Part shown: positions 1 through 9,138 of the stretch, piece by piece
Layout: each line of letters begins with the position of its first letter
Numbering within the stretch: position 1 is the first letter of the stretch
DNA from: a virus
UHGV virus genome: UHGV-0277527
Direction: 5' to 3' (one strand)
DNA: 22,536 nt
Position numbers and translations under genes: made by a program
Notes under the pieces: model-generated
What the model was told of the DNA's origin: nothing
Seen by the model: only the letters and a program-made list of their open reading frames with translations
Database searches by the model: none

Positions 1-797
1 AAATTTGATAATGAGATATACTTACTGTAATGTGAATCATCACTAGAACCAAAGTTGCTTACAAGCATACCGTTATCATTATAATATCCACTCTCAAAAA
101 GAGTAATATCTGAAAGCATGTTGAATACGCAACCGCATCCATCTATAATTTTTTGCTTTGCCCTCTCAAATGTTTCATCGAAATTTTGAGGTATAATTAA
201 TGTTTTTTTTATGCCATATACCTTACCTGGAACTCCAATTATTTTTTTGTTGCTATTAAATGCCTCTTTTATTCCTGCTTGAATGTAGTTAGAGCAGTCA
301 ATATCTGATGTATTCCCATTAATGTCTGGCGGTATGAAATCATCAAAAGAAAGTGTTTCCCTTAATTTAATTAATGATGTCGTGCCTTTTGCATTGTTTT
401 CACTCTGAATGAATCCTATATATTTTGAACCATCGTTTCCAGACAATCTTTCTTCAAGCTGATCAGGGTCATACTTCAGCACATTAGGGAAATAGAATTG
501 CTGAGCACCATATGCATCATAAATAGCCATAGAGTGGCCTTGCACAGTTACGAACTTGGCAATCTGTCCGTTATATACAGGATAACCAGCGGCGTTAATG
601 ATGATTGGCTGCGAAACAGGAACGTGAGAACCGTCTTCATTCTCTACATAAACCTGAATCTGGTTTTCAGGATTTACCGGATCCGTGTCAATTTTTCCGA
701 TATAAATTTTGCCATTGGCATTTGCTTTAAACGAGCGAGCTAAAGTAAATAACTGACTTGGTTGTGAAACAACTACGTTGTATAATTGTTCTGGCAT
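1..797 (-). CDS. Tailspike protein, N-terminal part (P22 gp9-like head-binding domain, then a divergent AT-rich receptor-binding region); 3' end lies beyond the window
   Basis: Minus-strand translation from the ATG at 797-795 gives [59 protein letters not shown]...[27 protein letters not shown], which matches the P22 tailspike head-binding domain as I recall it. The frame stays open to position 1. Not in the ORF track because the stop is outside the window. Confidence 0.85.
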   Translation of the reverse strand, partial: MPEQLYNVVVSQPSQLFTLARSFKANANGKIYIGKIDTDPVNPENQIQVYVENEDGSHVPVSQPIIINAAGYPVYNGQIAKFVTVQGHSMAIYDAYGAQQFYFPNVLKYDPDQLEERLSGNDGSKYIGFIQSENNAKGTTSLIKLRETLSFDDFIPPDINGNTSDIDCSNYIQAGIKEAFNSNKKIIGVPGKVYGIKKTLIIPQNFDETFERAKQKIIDGCGCVFNMLSDITLFESGYYNDNGMLVSNFGSSDDSHYSKYISLSN

Positions 798-819
798 AAT
801 AAACATTCCGGAGAAAATA

Positions 820-1320
820 ATGAGTAAGAGACGTCACGAGGTAGTAACTCGGGAGCGCCTTATGGAGGTTCTCGATTACAATAAAGAAACAGGAATTTTC
901 ACTTGGAAAAAGAAATTAAGCGCCAGAGGTGCTGTTGGGAAAGTTGCTGGCACAATTTCTTATGGATATAACGCAATTAATATTGATGGCGTAAGATATT
1001 TTGCACATAGACTTGCCTGGCTGTATGTATATGGCGAATGGCCCAAACAAGAGATTGACCACATTGATAGAAACAGAAGAAATAACGCAATCTCAAACCT
1101 TAGGGATGTCAGCAGAGTCGTAAATGCATTAAATGTCGGACCTCGAAATAGCAATGCTGGAATCAAGGGGTTAACTTTCTGTCAAGCCAGAAATCAATGG
1201 CAAGCTCAGATAAATGTCTCAGGTAAAAACATAACCCTTGGGAGATTCAACACCATTGATGAAGCGGCTATAGCTTATAAGGCAGCAAACATGGTTGCTG
1301 ACCATCTGTTGAGTAGGTAA
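820..1320 (+). CDS. Free-standing HNH homing endonuclease (HNH_3-type motif plus AP2-like DNA-binding domain)
   Basis: Track ORF 778-1320; the start is better placed at the ATG at 820, preceded by GGAG (MSKRRHEVV...). HNH-like motif [21 protein letters not shown]; C-terminal [43 protein letters not shown] resembles an AP2 domain. The gene is AT-rich and antisense to its neighbours. Confidence 0.75.
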   Translation: MSKRRHEVVTRERLMEVLDYNKETGIFTWKKKLSARGAVGKVAGTISYGYNAINIDGVRYFAHRLAWLYVYGEWPKQEIDHIDRNRRNNAISNLRDVSRVVNALNVGPRNSNAGIKGLTFCQARNQWQAQINVSGKNITLGRFNTIDEAAIAYKAANMVADHLLSR

Positions 1321-1388
1321 TGTCTGTCATTTAATTTGCTCCAGATACAAGGAATCGCCGCAGCATGGCTACGGTGAATTTTGGGCAT

Positions 1389-1411
1389 AAAAAAACCCAG
1401 CCGAAGCTGGG
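1389..1411 (-). terminator. Rho-independent terminator downstream of ant (hairpin CCCAGC-TTCG-GCTGGG followed by a T-run on the minus strand); may act weakly in the plus direction for the HNH gene
   Basis: Plus strand reads aaaaaaa-cccagc-cgaa-gctggg; on the minus strand this is a GC stem with a TTCG loop followed by 7 T. It lies about 20 nt past the ant stop. Confidence 0.6.
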
Positions 1412-1430
1412 TCGTTGCGTTGGTTATCTG

Positions 1431-2333
1431 TCAGTAATTATGTACTGAAGGAGGTAATTCTTTATTCTTAAGTCTCATCCATGCGGAAAGATTCGTTGGT
1501 CCGTCTGGCTCATTGATATCAACATCTCGTGTGTGATTAATTAAAACGTCTCTCGCTATATCGATAATACGGGAGAACTCATAACCGCAGTCATGACATC
1601 TGCCGGAATAGTTCGATTGAATTTGTTTTAATGCCGGATACAGTTCGCGGAATAATGCCTGTGAACGGTTGGCATAATCCCATAACCATACAAGGCTGTT
1701 TGCTTCTTTTGCAGAAAGCTCGTTGGTTTTCTTCTCTTGTTTGCCAATGAACTCACCTTCAAGCACTACCCTGTGGATGTACTCTACGGCTTGCGGTATC
1801 TGAGATGCATCAAGCTCTTCAATACTTTCCACATTGAAACGCTGATGAATCATTGCATAAGCTTCTGGGTACATTAGATGCTTTTTGCTGACCAGCATAT
1901 TTACAGCATCACGAAGCGGAGTCCTGTCATCAACAGATGTTTTCTTACGTGCATTTTCTGCCTTTCCCTTTGTCCAGTAGTCATGCAGCACAGTAAAGCA
2001 TTCTTCCTGGTACTGAATCAGTTTATCGCGGATGTCAGCACGAACTTTCTCAGGGTTGATGCTGAACAGCCACCCATTTAACTTCTTCAAAGGAAGGCAG
2101 AGTAACTTACGAAGCTTCCCATCAGCGGCAACCATGTTCATATGAACACAGTTGAATTTGCTAATCTGCTTCATGAGTTTTGTTTGCTGCGTTGACCAGC
2201 TCATTCCAAGGTTTTCAACGATTGGCTTCATCGCAACATATGCAACTCCGGCAGCCATGGCGGTGATAATTTGCTGACCGTTGAATGGTACGTAAGAGGT
2301 GTTCACTGCTTCTAAAATTGCTATACTATTCAT
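1431..2333 (-). CDS. ant: Antirepressor Ant (P22 immI)
   Basis: Track ORF 1431-2399; the start is placed at the internal ATG at 2333-2331 ([21 protein letters not shown]...), giving 300 aa as in P22 Ant, with GGAGA 7 nt upstream. Near-identical to P22 Ant as I recall it. Confidence 0.9.
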   Translation of the reverse strand: MNSIAILEAVNTSYVPFNGQQIITAMAAGVAYVAMKPIVENLGMSWSTQQTKLMKQISKFNCVHMNMVAADGKLRKLLCLPLKKLNGWLFSINPEKVRADIRDKLIQYQEECFTVLHDYWTKGKAENARKKTSVDDRTPLRDAVNMLVSKKHLMYPEAYAMIHQRFNVESIEELDASQIPQAVEYIHRVVLEGEFIGKQEKKTNELSAKEANSLVWLWDYANRSQALFRELYPALKQIQSNYSGRCHDCGYEFSRIIDIARDVLINHTRDVDINEPDGPTNLSAWMRLKNKELPPSVHNY

Positions 2334-2334
2334 G

Positions 2335-2405
2335 TTGGTTTTTCTCCACGGATTTACTGACAACCGAAGCCCTGACTGTTCCCGCAGTTGGGGCTTCAAC
2401 TTTAC
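2335..2405 (+). ncRNA. sar: Candidate sar antisense RNA (about 70 nt, complementary to the ant RBS and the arc-ant junction)
   Basis: P22 is known to encode a 68-69 nt antisense RNA at this position. On the plus strand there is a -10-like TATACT at 2322-2327 inside the ant 5' end, and an imperfect hairpin (aagccctgac...gttggggctt, 2365-2398) followed by caacttt. Boundaries are approximate and inferred. Confidence 0.35.
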
Positions 2406-2563
2406 GCGCCAATGCGCCCTTCCTTCTTAAAGCTTTCCATTACTCTCTGATAAATCTCAGAGTTAACAGACCGACCATTCTCTTCCGCCACCTTGCGGAC
2501 CAAATCCAATACTTCTTTAGGCCACCGCAAATTGAACTGCGGCATCTTGCTCATTCCTTTCAT
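2402..2563 (-). CDS. arc: Arc repressor (ribbon-helix-helix)
   Basis: Track ORF 2402-2626; the start is placed at the internal ATG at 2563 ([53 protein letters not shown], 53 aa), matching P22 Arc. The track's upstream ATG at 2626 lies inside the Arc operator. Confidence 0.9.
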   Translation of the reverse strand: MKGMSKMPQFNLRWPKEVLDLVRKVAEENGRSVNSEIYQRVMESFKKEGRIGA

Positions 2564-2579
2564 ATTCACCTCACAATAT

Positions 2580-2596
2580 AGGTCCACCGTGGACCT
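2580..2596. promoter_or_regulatory. Mnt operator (Omnt), 17-bp near-palindrome overlapping the Pant start region
   Basis: AGGTCCACCGTGGACCT read directly at 2580-2596; the half-sites GGTCCAC/GTGGACC are inverted repeats. Matches the P22 Mnt operator as I recall it. Confidence 0.7.
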
Positions 2597-2605
2597 ATTG
2601 AGAAT

Positions 2606-2626
2606 ATAGTAGAGTGCTTCTATCAT
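2606..2626. promoter_or_regulatory. Arc operator (Oarc), 21 bp, within the divergent Pant/Pmnt promoter region
   Basis: ATAGTAGAGTGCTTCTATCAT read directly at 2606-2626, with TAGA/TCTA half-site symmetry. It sits between the arc start (2563) and the mnt start (2654). Confidence 0.7.
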
Positions 2627-2653
2627 GTCAATACACTAACTTGGAGTGATGGC

Positions 2654-2905
2654 ATGGCTAGAGATGATCCGCACTTTAACTTCCGTATGCCTATGGAAGT
2701 AAGGGAGAAATTAAAATTCAGGGCGGAGGCGAATGGGAGATCAATGAACTCCGAGTTGTTACAAATCGTCCAAGATGCTCTATCAAAACCATCGCCTGTG
2801 ACTGGATATCGCGACGATGCAGAACGACTCGCTGATGAGCAGTCAGAGCTTGTTAAGAAGATGGTGTTTGATACGCTGAAGGATTTGTACAAAAAACCCA
2901 CCTGA
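2654..2905 (+). CDS. mnt: Mnt repressor (maintenance of lysogeny; represses ant)
   Basis: 83-aa ORF MARDDPHFNFRMPMEVREKLKFRAEANGRSMNSELLQIVQDALSKPSPVTGYRDDAERLADEQSELVKKMVFDTLKDLYKKPT, which matches P22 Mnt nearly residue for residue as I recall it. Confidence 0.9.
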   Translation: MARDDPHFNFRMPMEVREKLKFRAEANGRSMNSELLQIVQDALSKPSPVTGYRDDAERLADEQSELVKKMVFDTLKDLYKKPT

Positions 2906-2912
2906 AGGTGGG
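2891..2912 (-). terminator. Terminator between the convergent mnt and lipoprotein genes (strong on the minus strand; overlaps the mnt stop codon)
   Basis: Plus strand reads aaaaaa-cccacc-tgaa-ggtggg; on the minus strand this is a GGTGGG/CCCACC hairpin followed by TTTTTT, about 10 nt past the lipoprotein stop. Confidence 0.5.
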
Positions 2913-2921
2913 TCCTATTTA

Positions 2922-3341
2922 TTAGTCTTGCTTTGTTGATGGCATAAGAGATGCGTTTGCCTCTTTTGGCTTCAAGGTATACATCCCACCATTAAAAGGA
3001 TCTACAGCAAGCCAACCAATTAACCCACCAAACACAAGGTTTCCACCAATATACCAGCCATTAGCATTGGCTTTGATTGGCAGGGTAACTGGTTCGTACC
3101 CATCCTTTTCCATAGTGATCTGGTAGCTCTTTTTGCCAAAATAACTACCATCTGACTTGGCAAGAGTTACTCCTTGCGGGGTCTTACCTTGCGCAACAAT
3201 CACGCCTGATTCGTCTTTTACCTTAAAGCTCGCACCGGAAGGATTGCTGTTCACTTGCACAAGCTGCGTTTCGTCACCAACAATAGTTGCGCACCCAGAT
3301 AACAATATAGCGCCAGCAACGACGCCAATAATCCTCTTCAT
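2922..3341 (-). CDS. Predicted outer-membrane lipoprotein with a PEGA-like beta domain and a glycine-zipper-like hydrophobic C-terminus; accessory gene of unknown function
   Basis: Track ORF 2922-3353. Signal peptide with lipobox (MKRIIGVVAGAILLSG|C, Ala at +2). PEGA-like stretch SNPSGASFKVKDESGVIVAQGKTPQGVTLAKSDG...MEKDGYEP. C-terminal GWYIGGNLVFGGLIGWLAV. The start could be 3353 or 3341. Visibly AT-rich compared with the structural genes. Confidence 0.6.
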   Translation of the reverse strand: MKRIIGVVAGAILLSGCATIVGDETQLVQVNSNPSGASFKVKDESGVIVAQGKTPQGVTLAKSDGSYFGKKSYQITMEKDGYEPVTLPIKANANGWYIGGNLVFGGLIGWLAVDPFNGGMYTLKPKEANASLMPSTKQD

Positions 3342-3458
3342 ATCAATTTCCATATTTAAAAAACCGGAAACATCCTAATGACAAACCATTCAAATGTGAA
3401 GTAGGCAAAAGATGTTTACTTTTTTCATGGTATCCTGCTCAAAACTAAGGAGGTTGTC

Positions 3459-3848
3459 GTGAAGCAATTTCTTACTGCTATGTTCTTATTCATATCTTTT
3501 GGGGCTACAGCAGAGTGCTGGGTCGTTGGAGATATGCGCGGAATAAGCTATTCAGAACGAAATAATTTCCATCCGGAAGAAGATGGTTTTAGTGGAACAT
3601 TCATCATTAAGACAAACGGTGAAGATGCCAGCATCACATATTCTGGGACAGATGCGGGCGGCATGGCTTACAAAGCATTGTCTAAAAACTCCATCATAGG
3701 AATCGGCGCGAATGGCGAAACTCAACGCGTTATCGACTCATGGGTAATACATCCTACTGGAACAGTTTTAATGTCAAAAACCATTTCCGGTTATGGAAAT
3801 ATGGATTCAACCAAAGCTTTTGTTGGAAAAGTAAAAAGAAAATGTTAG
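3459..3848 (+). CDS. Secreted (periplasmic) protein of unknown function; accessory gene
   Basis: 129-aa ORF with a GTG start preceded by a strong SD (TAAGGAGG, 5-nt spacer). N-terminal signal peptide MKQFLTAMFLFISFGATA|ECW. No family recognised. AT-rich, and on the strand opposite the late operon. Confidence 0.55.
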   Translation: MKQFLTAMFLFISFGATAECWVVGDMRGISYSERNNFHPEEDGFSGTFIIKTNGEDASITYSGTDAGGMAYKALSKNSIIGIGANGETQRVIDSWVIHPTGTVLMSKTISGYGNMDSTKAFVGKVKRKC

Positions 3849-3872
3849 CGATTGAATCCAATTTCCCATACG

Positions 3873-5714
3873 TTACTGCTGTGTTGCCTCAGTAGCAAGC
3901 AGCGGCCTGATGGCATTTGCAGCGTTACTCAACGCTCTTTCATAGGCTGGCGTTCCAGCTTTAGTGTTTGCCAGACGTAAGAGAGCATTCCTTGCTGCTT
4001 TGGACTCATACAAGCGCATCATTGCACCAAAACCAGCCTCAAGCCCCATTGATACGCCAAGGGTCGCAGTTGCGCCAATCGTCCTTATCCTGTTGGCTTG
4101 CGATTGCCCCGTCTGAGTTACTACATTTGCGGTGTCTGACCTTGCTGTTTGCTGTAGAACTTCATGAAGAGCATCAAGCTCTTTCATGTGCTTTCCAGAA
4201 AAAATAGTGTTGTAAATTTCACCGCCTGACTGAGATTTCAGCTTATTAACTTCAGTGATGAACTTGGCTGGAGAGTCCCCGGCCTTTTCCGCTATTTTGC
4301 TGACGTAAGCTGCACGCATAGCATCTTTCCCTTTATCATCCAATGCGCTCCAGATTCGTTTCACGTCAGATGGTTTTCTGCTTAATACAACAGTATTTAT
4401 AAGTTCAGGACTGGCTTCACTGCTTGCCTTGTTGAGCTTGTTAGCAATGTTTTTATTAAGCACCTTATTATAAACGTTTGCATAATCGGAATTTGCTTTA
4501 AGGTATTTTGCTGCGTCTGACGCACCGAGGTTTTTTGCAACTGCGTTACGAAGGTCTTTTGACATTGCATTCTCTACCATATTGGTAGCTGCTTTTGCCT
4601 GGTTGGGGAAGACCATAGCATCTCCCTGAACATTAGATCTAAATGCTGTTCTGTGCTGACGCAAGAGATCAAACGTAACATCCAAATCAGTTGCAGGGTT
4701 TGCTAATTCTTCACGCAGGTTACGCAAGGATGTAAGCAGGCTTTGATTGGCAGACGTCCCAAGCCGTTCCTGTCTTGCGATCGCTGTATTCAGAGCATTC
4801 ATGGTATTTGTGGTATCAACTGCGGCATTACCCATTTTATTGGTGACGTCATTGATAACAGCGCCAGCGGCATCCTTCCGCCCCCTTAACGTGGTGGTAA
4901 GAGACTTCACCACATCATCAGGGTTGTACTCACCAAAACGGTCAAAATAATTGCTTACCAGCTTACTACGCGTTGCATATTGCTCAGCTCGCTTTGAGCC
5001 TGTCCCGAGCAAAGCCCCCTCAGCATCCTGAGTAAGTCCGCGAGTGAAAGCATTTTTCGGCGGGATAACATCAGATGTCATTGGTGTCACGCCCATCGAT
5101 TCTGATGTGGCAATTTTCTTCACCACTTCTGGCGCAATATCACCTTTTATAGCCGTTATTCCACGCCCTATTCCCTTTGCTGCTGCGGAAAGAACACCCT
5201 GAGCGGCAAGGTTAACTCCGGCATTTTTAGCTGCATTTTGTGCGAAATCGCCTTTCTGATTTGCGGCCTCTGCCAGTGATCCAATAGCCATGCTTCCTGC
5301 CGTTCCAACTCCTGGAACTAAATACCCGCCAATTGTTTCTCCAGCTTGCGCATAAGGGTCTGTCGGTCGCTCGACAGGGCGATAAACATCATCCAAAACC
5401 TTGGGGCCGCCAAGCCCCTGGCTGATTGCATTAATCAGACTTGCGCCCCCCTGCAATACGTCAAATGGTATGTTTACCAGACCACGACCAGCCTGTTCTG
5501 CAATTTGCCCTGCACTTTGACCACCTGTGAGCCAATCACCAGCTTGTTGCATCAATGATGGTTCTTCCCGTGTTGGTGCATTATTGGCCTGATTAACTGT
5601 TTGTTGCTGAACAGCCTGACCAGCAAAATACTCATCAATGGCGGTGCCAATATCTTCGGTGCTCGTACCATCAGGAAAGGTAAATGTCTTACCGTTTGCA
5701 GTTACTTTCATCAT
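3873..5714 (-). CDS. 16: Ejection (injection) protein gp16
   Basis: 613-aa ORF beginning (M)[33 protein letters not shown], matching the P22 gp16 N-terminus and length as I recall it. Start overlaps the upstream stop (ATGATGA). Confidence 0.85.
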   Translation of the reverse strand: MMKVTANGKTFTFPDGTSTEDIGTAIDEYFAGQAVQQQTVNQANNAPTREEPSLMQQAGDWLTGGQSAGQIAEQAGRGLVNIPFDVLQGGASLINAISQGLGGPKVLDDVYRPVERPTDPYAQAGETIGGYLVPGVGTAGSMAIGSLAEAANQKGDFAQNAAKNAGVNLAAQGVLSAAAKGIGRGITAIKGDIAPEVVKKIATSESMGVTPMTSDVIPPKNAFTRGLTQDAEGALLGTGSKRAEQYATRSKLVSNYFDRFGEYNPDDVVKSLTTTLRGRKDAAGAVINDVTNKMGNAAVDTTNTMNALNTAIARQERLGTSANQSLLTSLRNLREELANPATDLDVTFDLLRQHRTAFRSNVQGDAMVFPNQAKAATNMVENAMSKDLRNAVAKNLGASDAAKYLKANSDYANVYNKVLNKNIANKLNKASSEASPELINTVVLSRKPSDVKRIWSALDDKGKDAMRAAYVSKIAEKAGDSPAKFITEVNKLKSQSGGEIYNTIFSGKHMKELDALHEVLQQTARSDTANVVTQTGQSQANRIRTIGATATLGVSMGLEAGFGAMMRLYESKAARNALLRLANTKAGTPAYERALSNAANAIRPLLATEATQQ

Positions 5715-7126
5715 TCCACCGTAAATTGAATGCCTGATTTTGAGGTATATGGTCCAACCTGATTCCGTGGTTCTCCTGAAGGTGTCGAATCTTGTGCTGG
5801 CGCTGCGTCAGTATTCATTGACATATACCGCTTAACGGCACTCCCCAATGATTCACCTTTTTTAACATCCAACCCCAATATCTGACCGCCATTACGCGAT
5901 TGTCCAGGGTTGCCATTCGCGCTCATCCACTCGGCTTTAAACTCATTAAACTGCGCGTTTCGTCGCTCAAGGTTTGCCATTGCATCAAGCCATCTTGCGA
6001 CCGTCTCAGGGTTATCCATGTCAGTTGGCGCACCCTGTCGAACGATCTCAACGTCTTTATCCGTTGCTGGTCCGGGAGGTAGGAATTTAAGAACCTGACT
6101 GTTAACAAGGGCATTTTGGCGAATGCGCAAATCACGCAATGTTGTATCGCTTCCGGTAAGTTTTGCGAACATGTTCTGTGCGTTACCGAACAAACCTGTC
6201 GTTGGTTTTTCTGCTCTGAACTGTTGAGCAAGCGCACTCATAGAATTGGCTGAGTTTGATGATGCTGTAGCATTGTTTACAGCCGTCTCGATGCCTTTTT
6301 CCATGTTTACTGACAGCTTAGGTGCTTCGCTAATCAACTGCTGAGCCTTTTCCTGCGCTTGCTGCATCTTAAACCCGAACTCTTGCTGATCCAGAGCTAA
6401 GCGTTGTGCTGCGATATTGTGCCCAGTCATTGCTGACTGATAGGAAAGGTTTTGCCCTCTCGCCTGAAGTGCTTCTCCTGCCTGATTGCTGCGGATTGTC
6501 TCTGCCAGCCTGCCTCGGTCAATTTCACGACCAGCCATCTTGTCCTGAACAGCAAACGCCTTTTCTGGACCAAGTGCACCGAGAGACATAGTAGTCAGCA
6601 TGTGTGATAGCTGCTCTGGATTCTGGATACCTGTCTGAATCATCCAGTCAGCATTAGCACCAACGCGATTTAACCTGTCCTTGTTGTCAGTAATGAATTT
6701 ACTGTAGGCTTCCGGTCCCTGAGAAAGAGCGACGTTAGCCCTCATGGCTAAATCGCCCATATCGTTGCGTTGCTGATCATTAAGACCGGAAAACGCCTGT
6801 TGTGCCTGTGCAACAAACGCTGGATTTTCCTGGGCAAACTTAAATAGTCCCGATGGATCACCAGAAGCCCATGCATCAGCGTGAACCTTATTGAACACAC
6901 TAATAGCTTTCTGTTGCTGTTCCTGATTGTAAATATCAGCAACTCCAGCCAGACCACGTAACGCGGTCAGGCCAACGTTATTTGCACCTGAGCGAGCCAG
7001 TTCATTGTTTTCGCGGATCAGACCAAGCGTTGCGTTAATGTCGCTTGCCTTTGGCGCATTCTCATTTTGCGTACCGATGCCAGCCAGAAAACCACCAGAA
7101 TTAATACCCTGTTGCCACGTAGCCAT
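5711..7126 (-). CDS. 20: Ejection protein gp20
   Basis: 471-aa ORF; its size and its position between gp7 and gp16 match P22 gene 20. Confidence 0.8.
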   Translation of the reverse strand: MATWQQGINSGGFLAGIGTQNENAPKASDINATLGLIRENNELARSGANNVGLTALRGLAGVADIYNQEQQQKAISVFNKVHADAWASGDPSGLFKFAQENPAFVAQAQQAFSGLNDQQRNDMGDLAMRANVALSQGPEAYSKFITDNKDRLNRVGANADWMIQTGIQNPEQLSHMLTTMSLGALGPEKAFAVQDKMAGREIDRGRLAETIRSNQAGEALQARGQNLSYQSAMTGHNIAAQRLALDQQEFGFKMQQAQEKAQQLISEAPKLSVNMEKGIETAVNNATASSNSANSMSALAQQFRAEKPTTGLFGNAQNMFAKLTGSDTTLRDLRIRQNALVNSQVLKFLPPGPATDKDVEIVRQGAPTDMDNPETVARWLDAMANLERRNAQFNEFKAEWMSANGNPGQSRNGGQILGLDVKKGESLGSAVKRYMSMNTDAAPAQDSTPSGEPRNQVGPYTSKSGIQFTVE

Positions 7127-7136
7127 TGATTACCCC

Positions 7137-7832
7137 TTAATAAAGCAGTGAACCAAGCAGACCGATACCAGCACCGATACCAGCACCCCACGGAGTTGAT
7201 GAACCAATTAATTTCGCAAGTCCAGCCCCAGCAATAGCACCAGACGCACCTCCGCCAATAGCAGATTGCATTGCTGATGGTCTGTTGGCATTTGCCGCTG
7301 CAAGAGCCGCACTTTGCTGCGAAATCTGACTCATGTTGTTGGCATATGTCTGCCCGGCGTTTGCCTGACCTTGCAGTGCGCCAAGACCAATATTTGCCAG
7401 ATTCTGGTAGTTGTTCATCTGACCAGATAGCCATTGCTGACCAAGCGTTGGTGCGATTGTTGCTAACTGATTACCGGTTGCAGTGGAACCCAATCCACCT
7501 GTTGCTTCCGCTGCCGCCAGACTCTGATAGCGAGCCTGACCAGCAAGATCTTTGTACTGCTGAGAGTTGTAATACTGGTTAAGTGCCTGACCTTGCCCTT
7601 CCAGAGACGATAAGTTCTCGAGGCTGCCGACATACTTATCAGCCAGAGGAGTAAACGGCTTCAGGTTGTTCATGATGGTGTTGAACTGCTGATTTTGCAG
7701 GTCTGCGGCATACTTCTGAGCTTCTGCTGCATACTTTGCGCTTTTATCAGAACTGCCACCTTTCCCACCCTTTTCAGGGCAATAAGGTTCCTCGCCGCGC
7801 AGTTTTCTGCCCAGCTTAAATGCATATAACAT
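7137..7832 (-). CDS. 7: Ejection protein gp7
   Basis: 231-aa ORF with a Gly/Ala/Gln-rich low-complexity body; its position and size match P22 gene 7. Confidence 0.8.
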   Translation of the reverse strand: MLYAFKLGRKLRGEEPYCPEKGGKGGSSDKSAKYAAEAQKYAADLQNQQFNTIMNNLKPFTPLADKYVGSLENLSSLEGQGQALNQYYNSQQYKDLAGQARYQSLAAAEATGGLGSTATGNQLATIAPTLGQQWLSGQMNNYQNLANIGLGALQGQANAGQTYANNMSQISQQSAALAAANANRPSAMQSAIGGGASGAIAGAGLAKLIGSSTPWGAGIGAGIGLLGSLLY

Positions 7833-7834
7833 GG

Positions 7835-8290
7835 CTATCTCCCGTGATTCAGGAAGTCGATTAGTTCTTCGCGTGTGGCGCTGTAAAACGTCACGTCATC
7901 CACGCCTTTGAAGTATTTCTTGATGGTTCCTACACGCTTAAGGCCAATCATTGCGCAGTACATCTGCCCGTGGCGGAATTTGCGTGCAGCGAACGATGTG
8001 ACGCACTGAACGGTGGTGTTAGTCAGAATGTATCGCCAGAACGCCAGCCCGATTTCCTTGCTGAATCCGCGAATCTCTGGCAGGTACATGGCGTGGCAAT
8101 CGAATGTAAGCGGCTGAATCTCCTGATAGTAAACAATGCCGCCGAACTGCCCGTGCACGTTCACCTCAAAGTAACGGCAATCAGGTTTGTAGTCGTATCC
8201 ATCACCGTTGTTGCTCCCGGCAATAATGTCAGGGTGATTTCCGACTGCTTCGATCAGGTCGATGTTTCGCGTTGGTTTGAACTGAATCAT
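7835..8290 (-). CDS. 14: Head assembly protein gp14
   Basis: 151-aa ORF immediately downstream of the tail needle gene, as in the P22 gene order 26-14-7-20-16. Confidence 0.7.
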   Translation of the reverse strand: MIQFKPTRNIDLIEAVGNHPDIIAGSNNGDGYDYKPDCRYFEVNVHGQFGGIVYYQEIQPLTFDCHAMYLPEIRGFSKEIGLAFWRYILTNTTVQCVTSFAARKFRHGQMYCAMIGLKRVGTIKKYFKGVDDVTFYSATREELIDFLNHGR

Positions 8291-9138
8291 TACTGCTCCG
8301 CGATTATCTTGATGGTTGTGGCAGTAAACGCCGCACCATTTGACTGAATGGTTAACGTACTGCCATTTGTGGCAAGAAAGCCGTCTTTATCCACGCTGAA
8401 GAACGTAGCTAACAGGATGTTGTCGGTTGTTGTCGCCGCATTACGACTGCTGACCAACGTGTCAGGAACAGAGCCGGAAAAGGTTAGCTGCATTGACCTG
8501 TTGGCGGTTCCGCTGGGCCACGTCCCGACGATCGACAGCTTGAAGAACAAGGTTTTGTTCTCGTTGAACACAACCATCTTGTTGTTAACAGTGTCGAAGA
8601 ATGGTGCCAACGTCCCGGATGACGGCGTGAGCGTTTTCAGCAGGCTAACAAGGTTGGTCGGCGCTGTCGGGATGGTTACAGATACGCCAGAGTAAACAAC
8701 CTCTGACTTTTTGCGAGTAGTGGCATACTCCAGAGCATCAATGCGCGTTTCATGGTCTGAAAGCGTGTTTTGAATGGCGATAACTTCATCAGTCAGATAA
8801 TCAATATCGTTTTCTGCTGTCGTTAATCGGGAATCAAGGCCGACTATCGCCGATTCTGCGTTAGTGATCCTTGTTTCGTGGTCCTGAATCTTCGCTTCAG
8901 CTGATGCAAGTCGAATTTCGTGATCGACCAGAATCACATCCTGCTCATCGTTCCTGACTTGTGCGTCATAAGCGCCCTGTCCGGCCTCGTTGGCCTTGTT
9001 CGCCACGTTACCAACATCAGTACCCTGTGCGATAACGTAAAGCAGATACGACTGCGAGAAGATATTGCGTGGAAGGATTGATGTATCGAGCCGCGTAGCT
9101 TGGATGATTACCGGCACATTGAGATTCGAATCCGCCAT
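8290..9138 (-). CDS. 26: Tail needle protein gp26 with an extended C-terminal knob domain (Sf6/HK620-type rather than P22-type)
   Basis: 282-aa ORF. The N-terminus and coiled-coil heptad region are P22 gp26-like; the ORF is about 50 aa longer than P22 gp26 (233 aa as I recall), and the extra C-terminal region is Ser/Thr-rich and beta-type. Confidence 0.8.
   Translation of the reverse strand: MADSNLNVPVIIQATRLDTSILPRNIFSQSYLLYVIAQGTDVGNVANKANEAGQGAYDAQVRNDEQDVILVDHEIRLASAEAKIQDHETRITNAESAIVGLDSRLTTAENDIDYLTDEVIAIQNTLSDHETRIDALEYATTRKKSEVVYSGVSVTIPTAPTNLVSLLKTLTPSSGTLAPFFDTVNNKMVVFNENKTLFFKLSIVGTWPSGTANRSMQLTFSGSVPDTLVSSRNAATTTDNILLATFFSVDKDGFLATNGSTLTIQSNGAAFTATTIKIIAEQ

Noticed and set aside
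498-743. 81-aa plus-strand ORF
   Set aside because: It lies entirely inside the minus-strand tailspike coding region, whose homology to P22 gp9 is strong. No RBS and no recognisable protein; an antisense artefact.
1431-2399. N-terminal extensions of ant (to 2399), arc (to 2626), gene 4 (to 11119), Rz (to 19696) and the 11034-11306 ORF as given in the ORF track
   Set aside because: The longest-ORF starts add residues absent from the P22 or lambda homologues as I recall them, lack an SD, or fall inside operator or terminator sequence. Internal starts with an SD and homologue-matching length were preferred.
7018-7434. 138-aa Cys/Trp-rich minus-strand ORF
   Set aside because: It is an alternative frame overlapping the gp7 and gp20 genes. 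Its odd composition comes from reading the Gly/Ala/Gln-rich gp7 codons out of frame.
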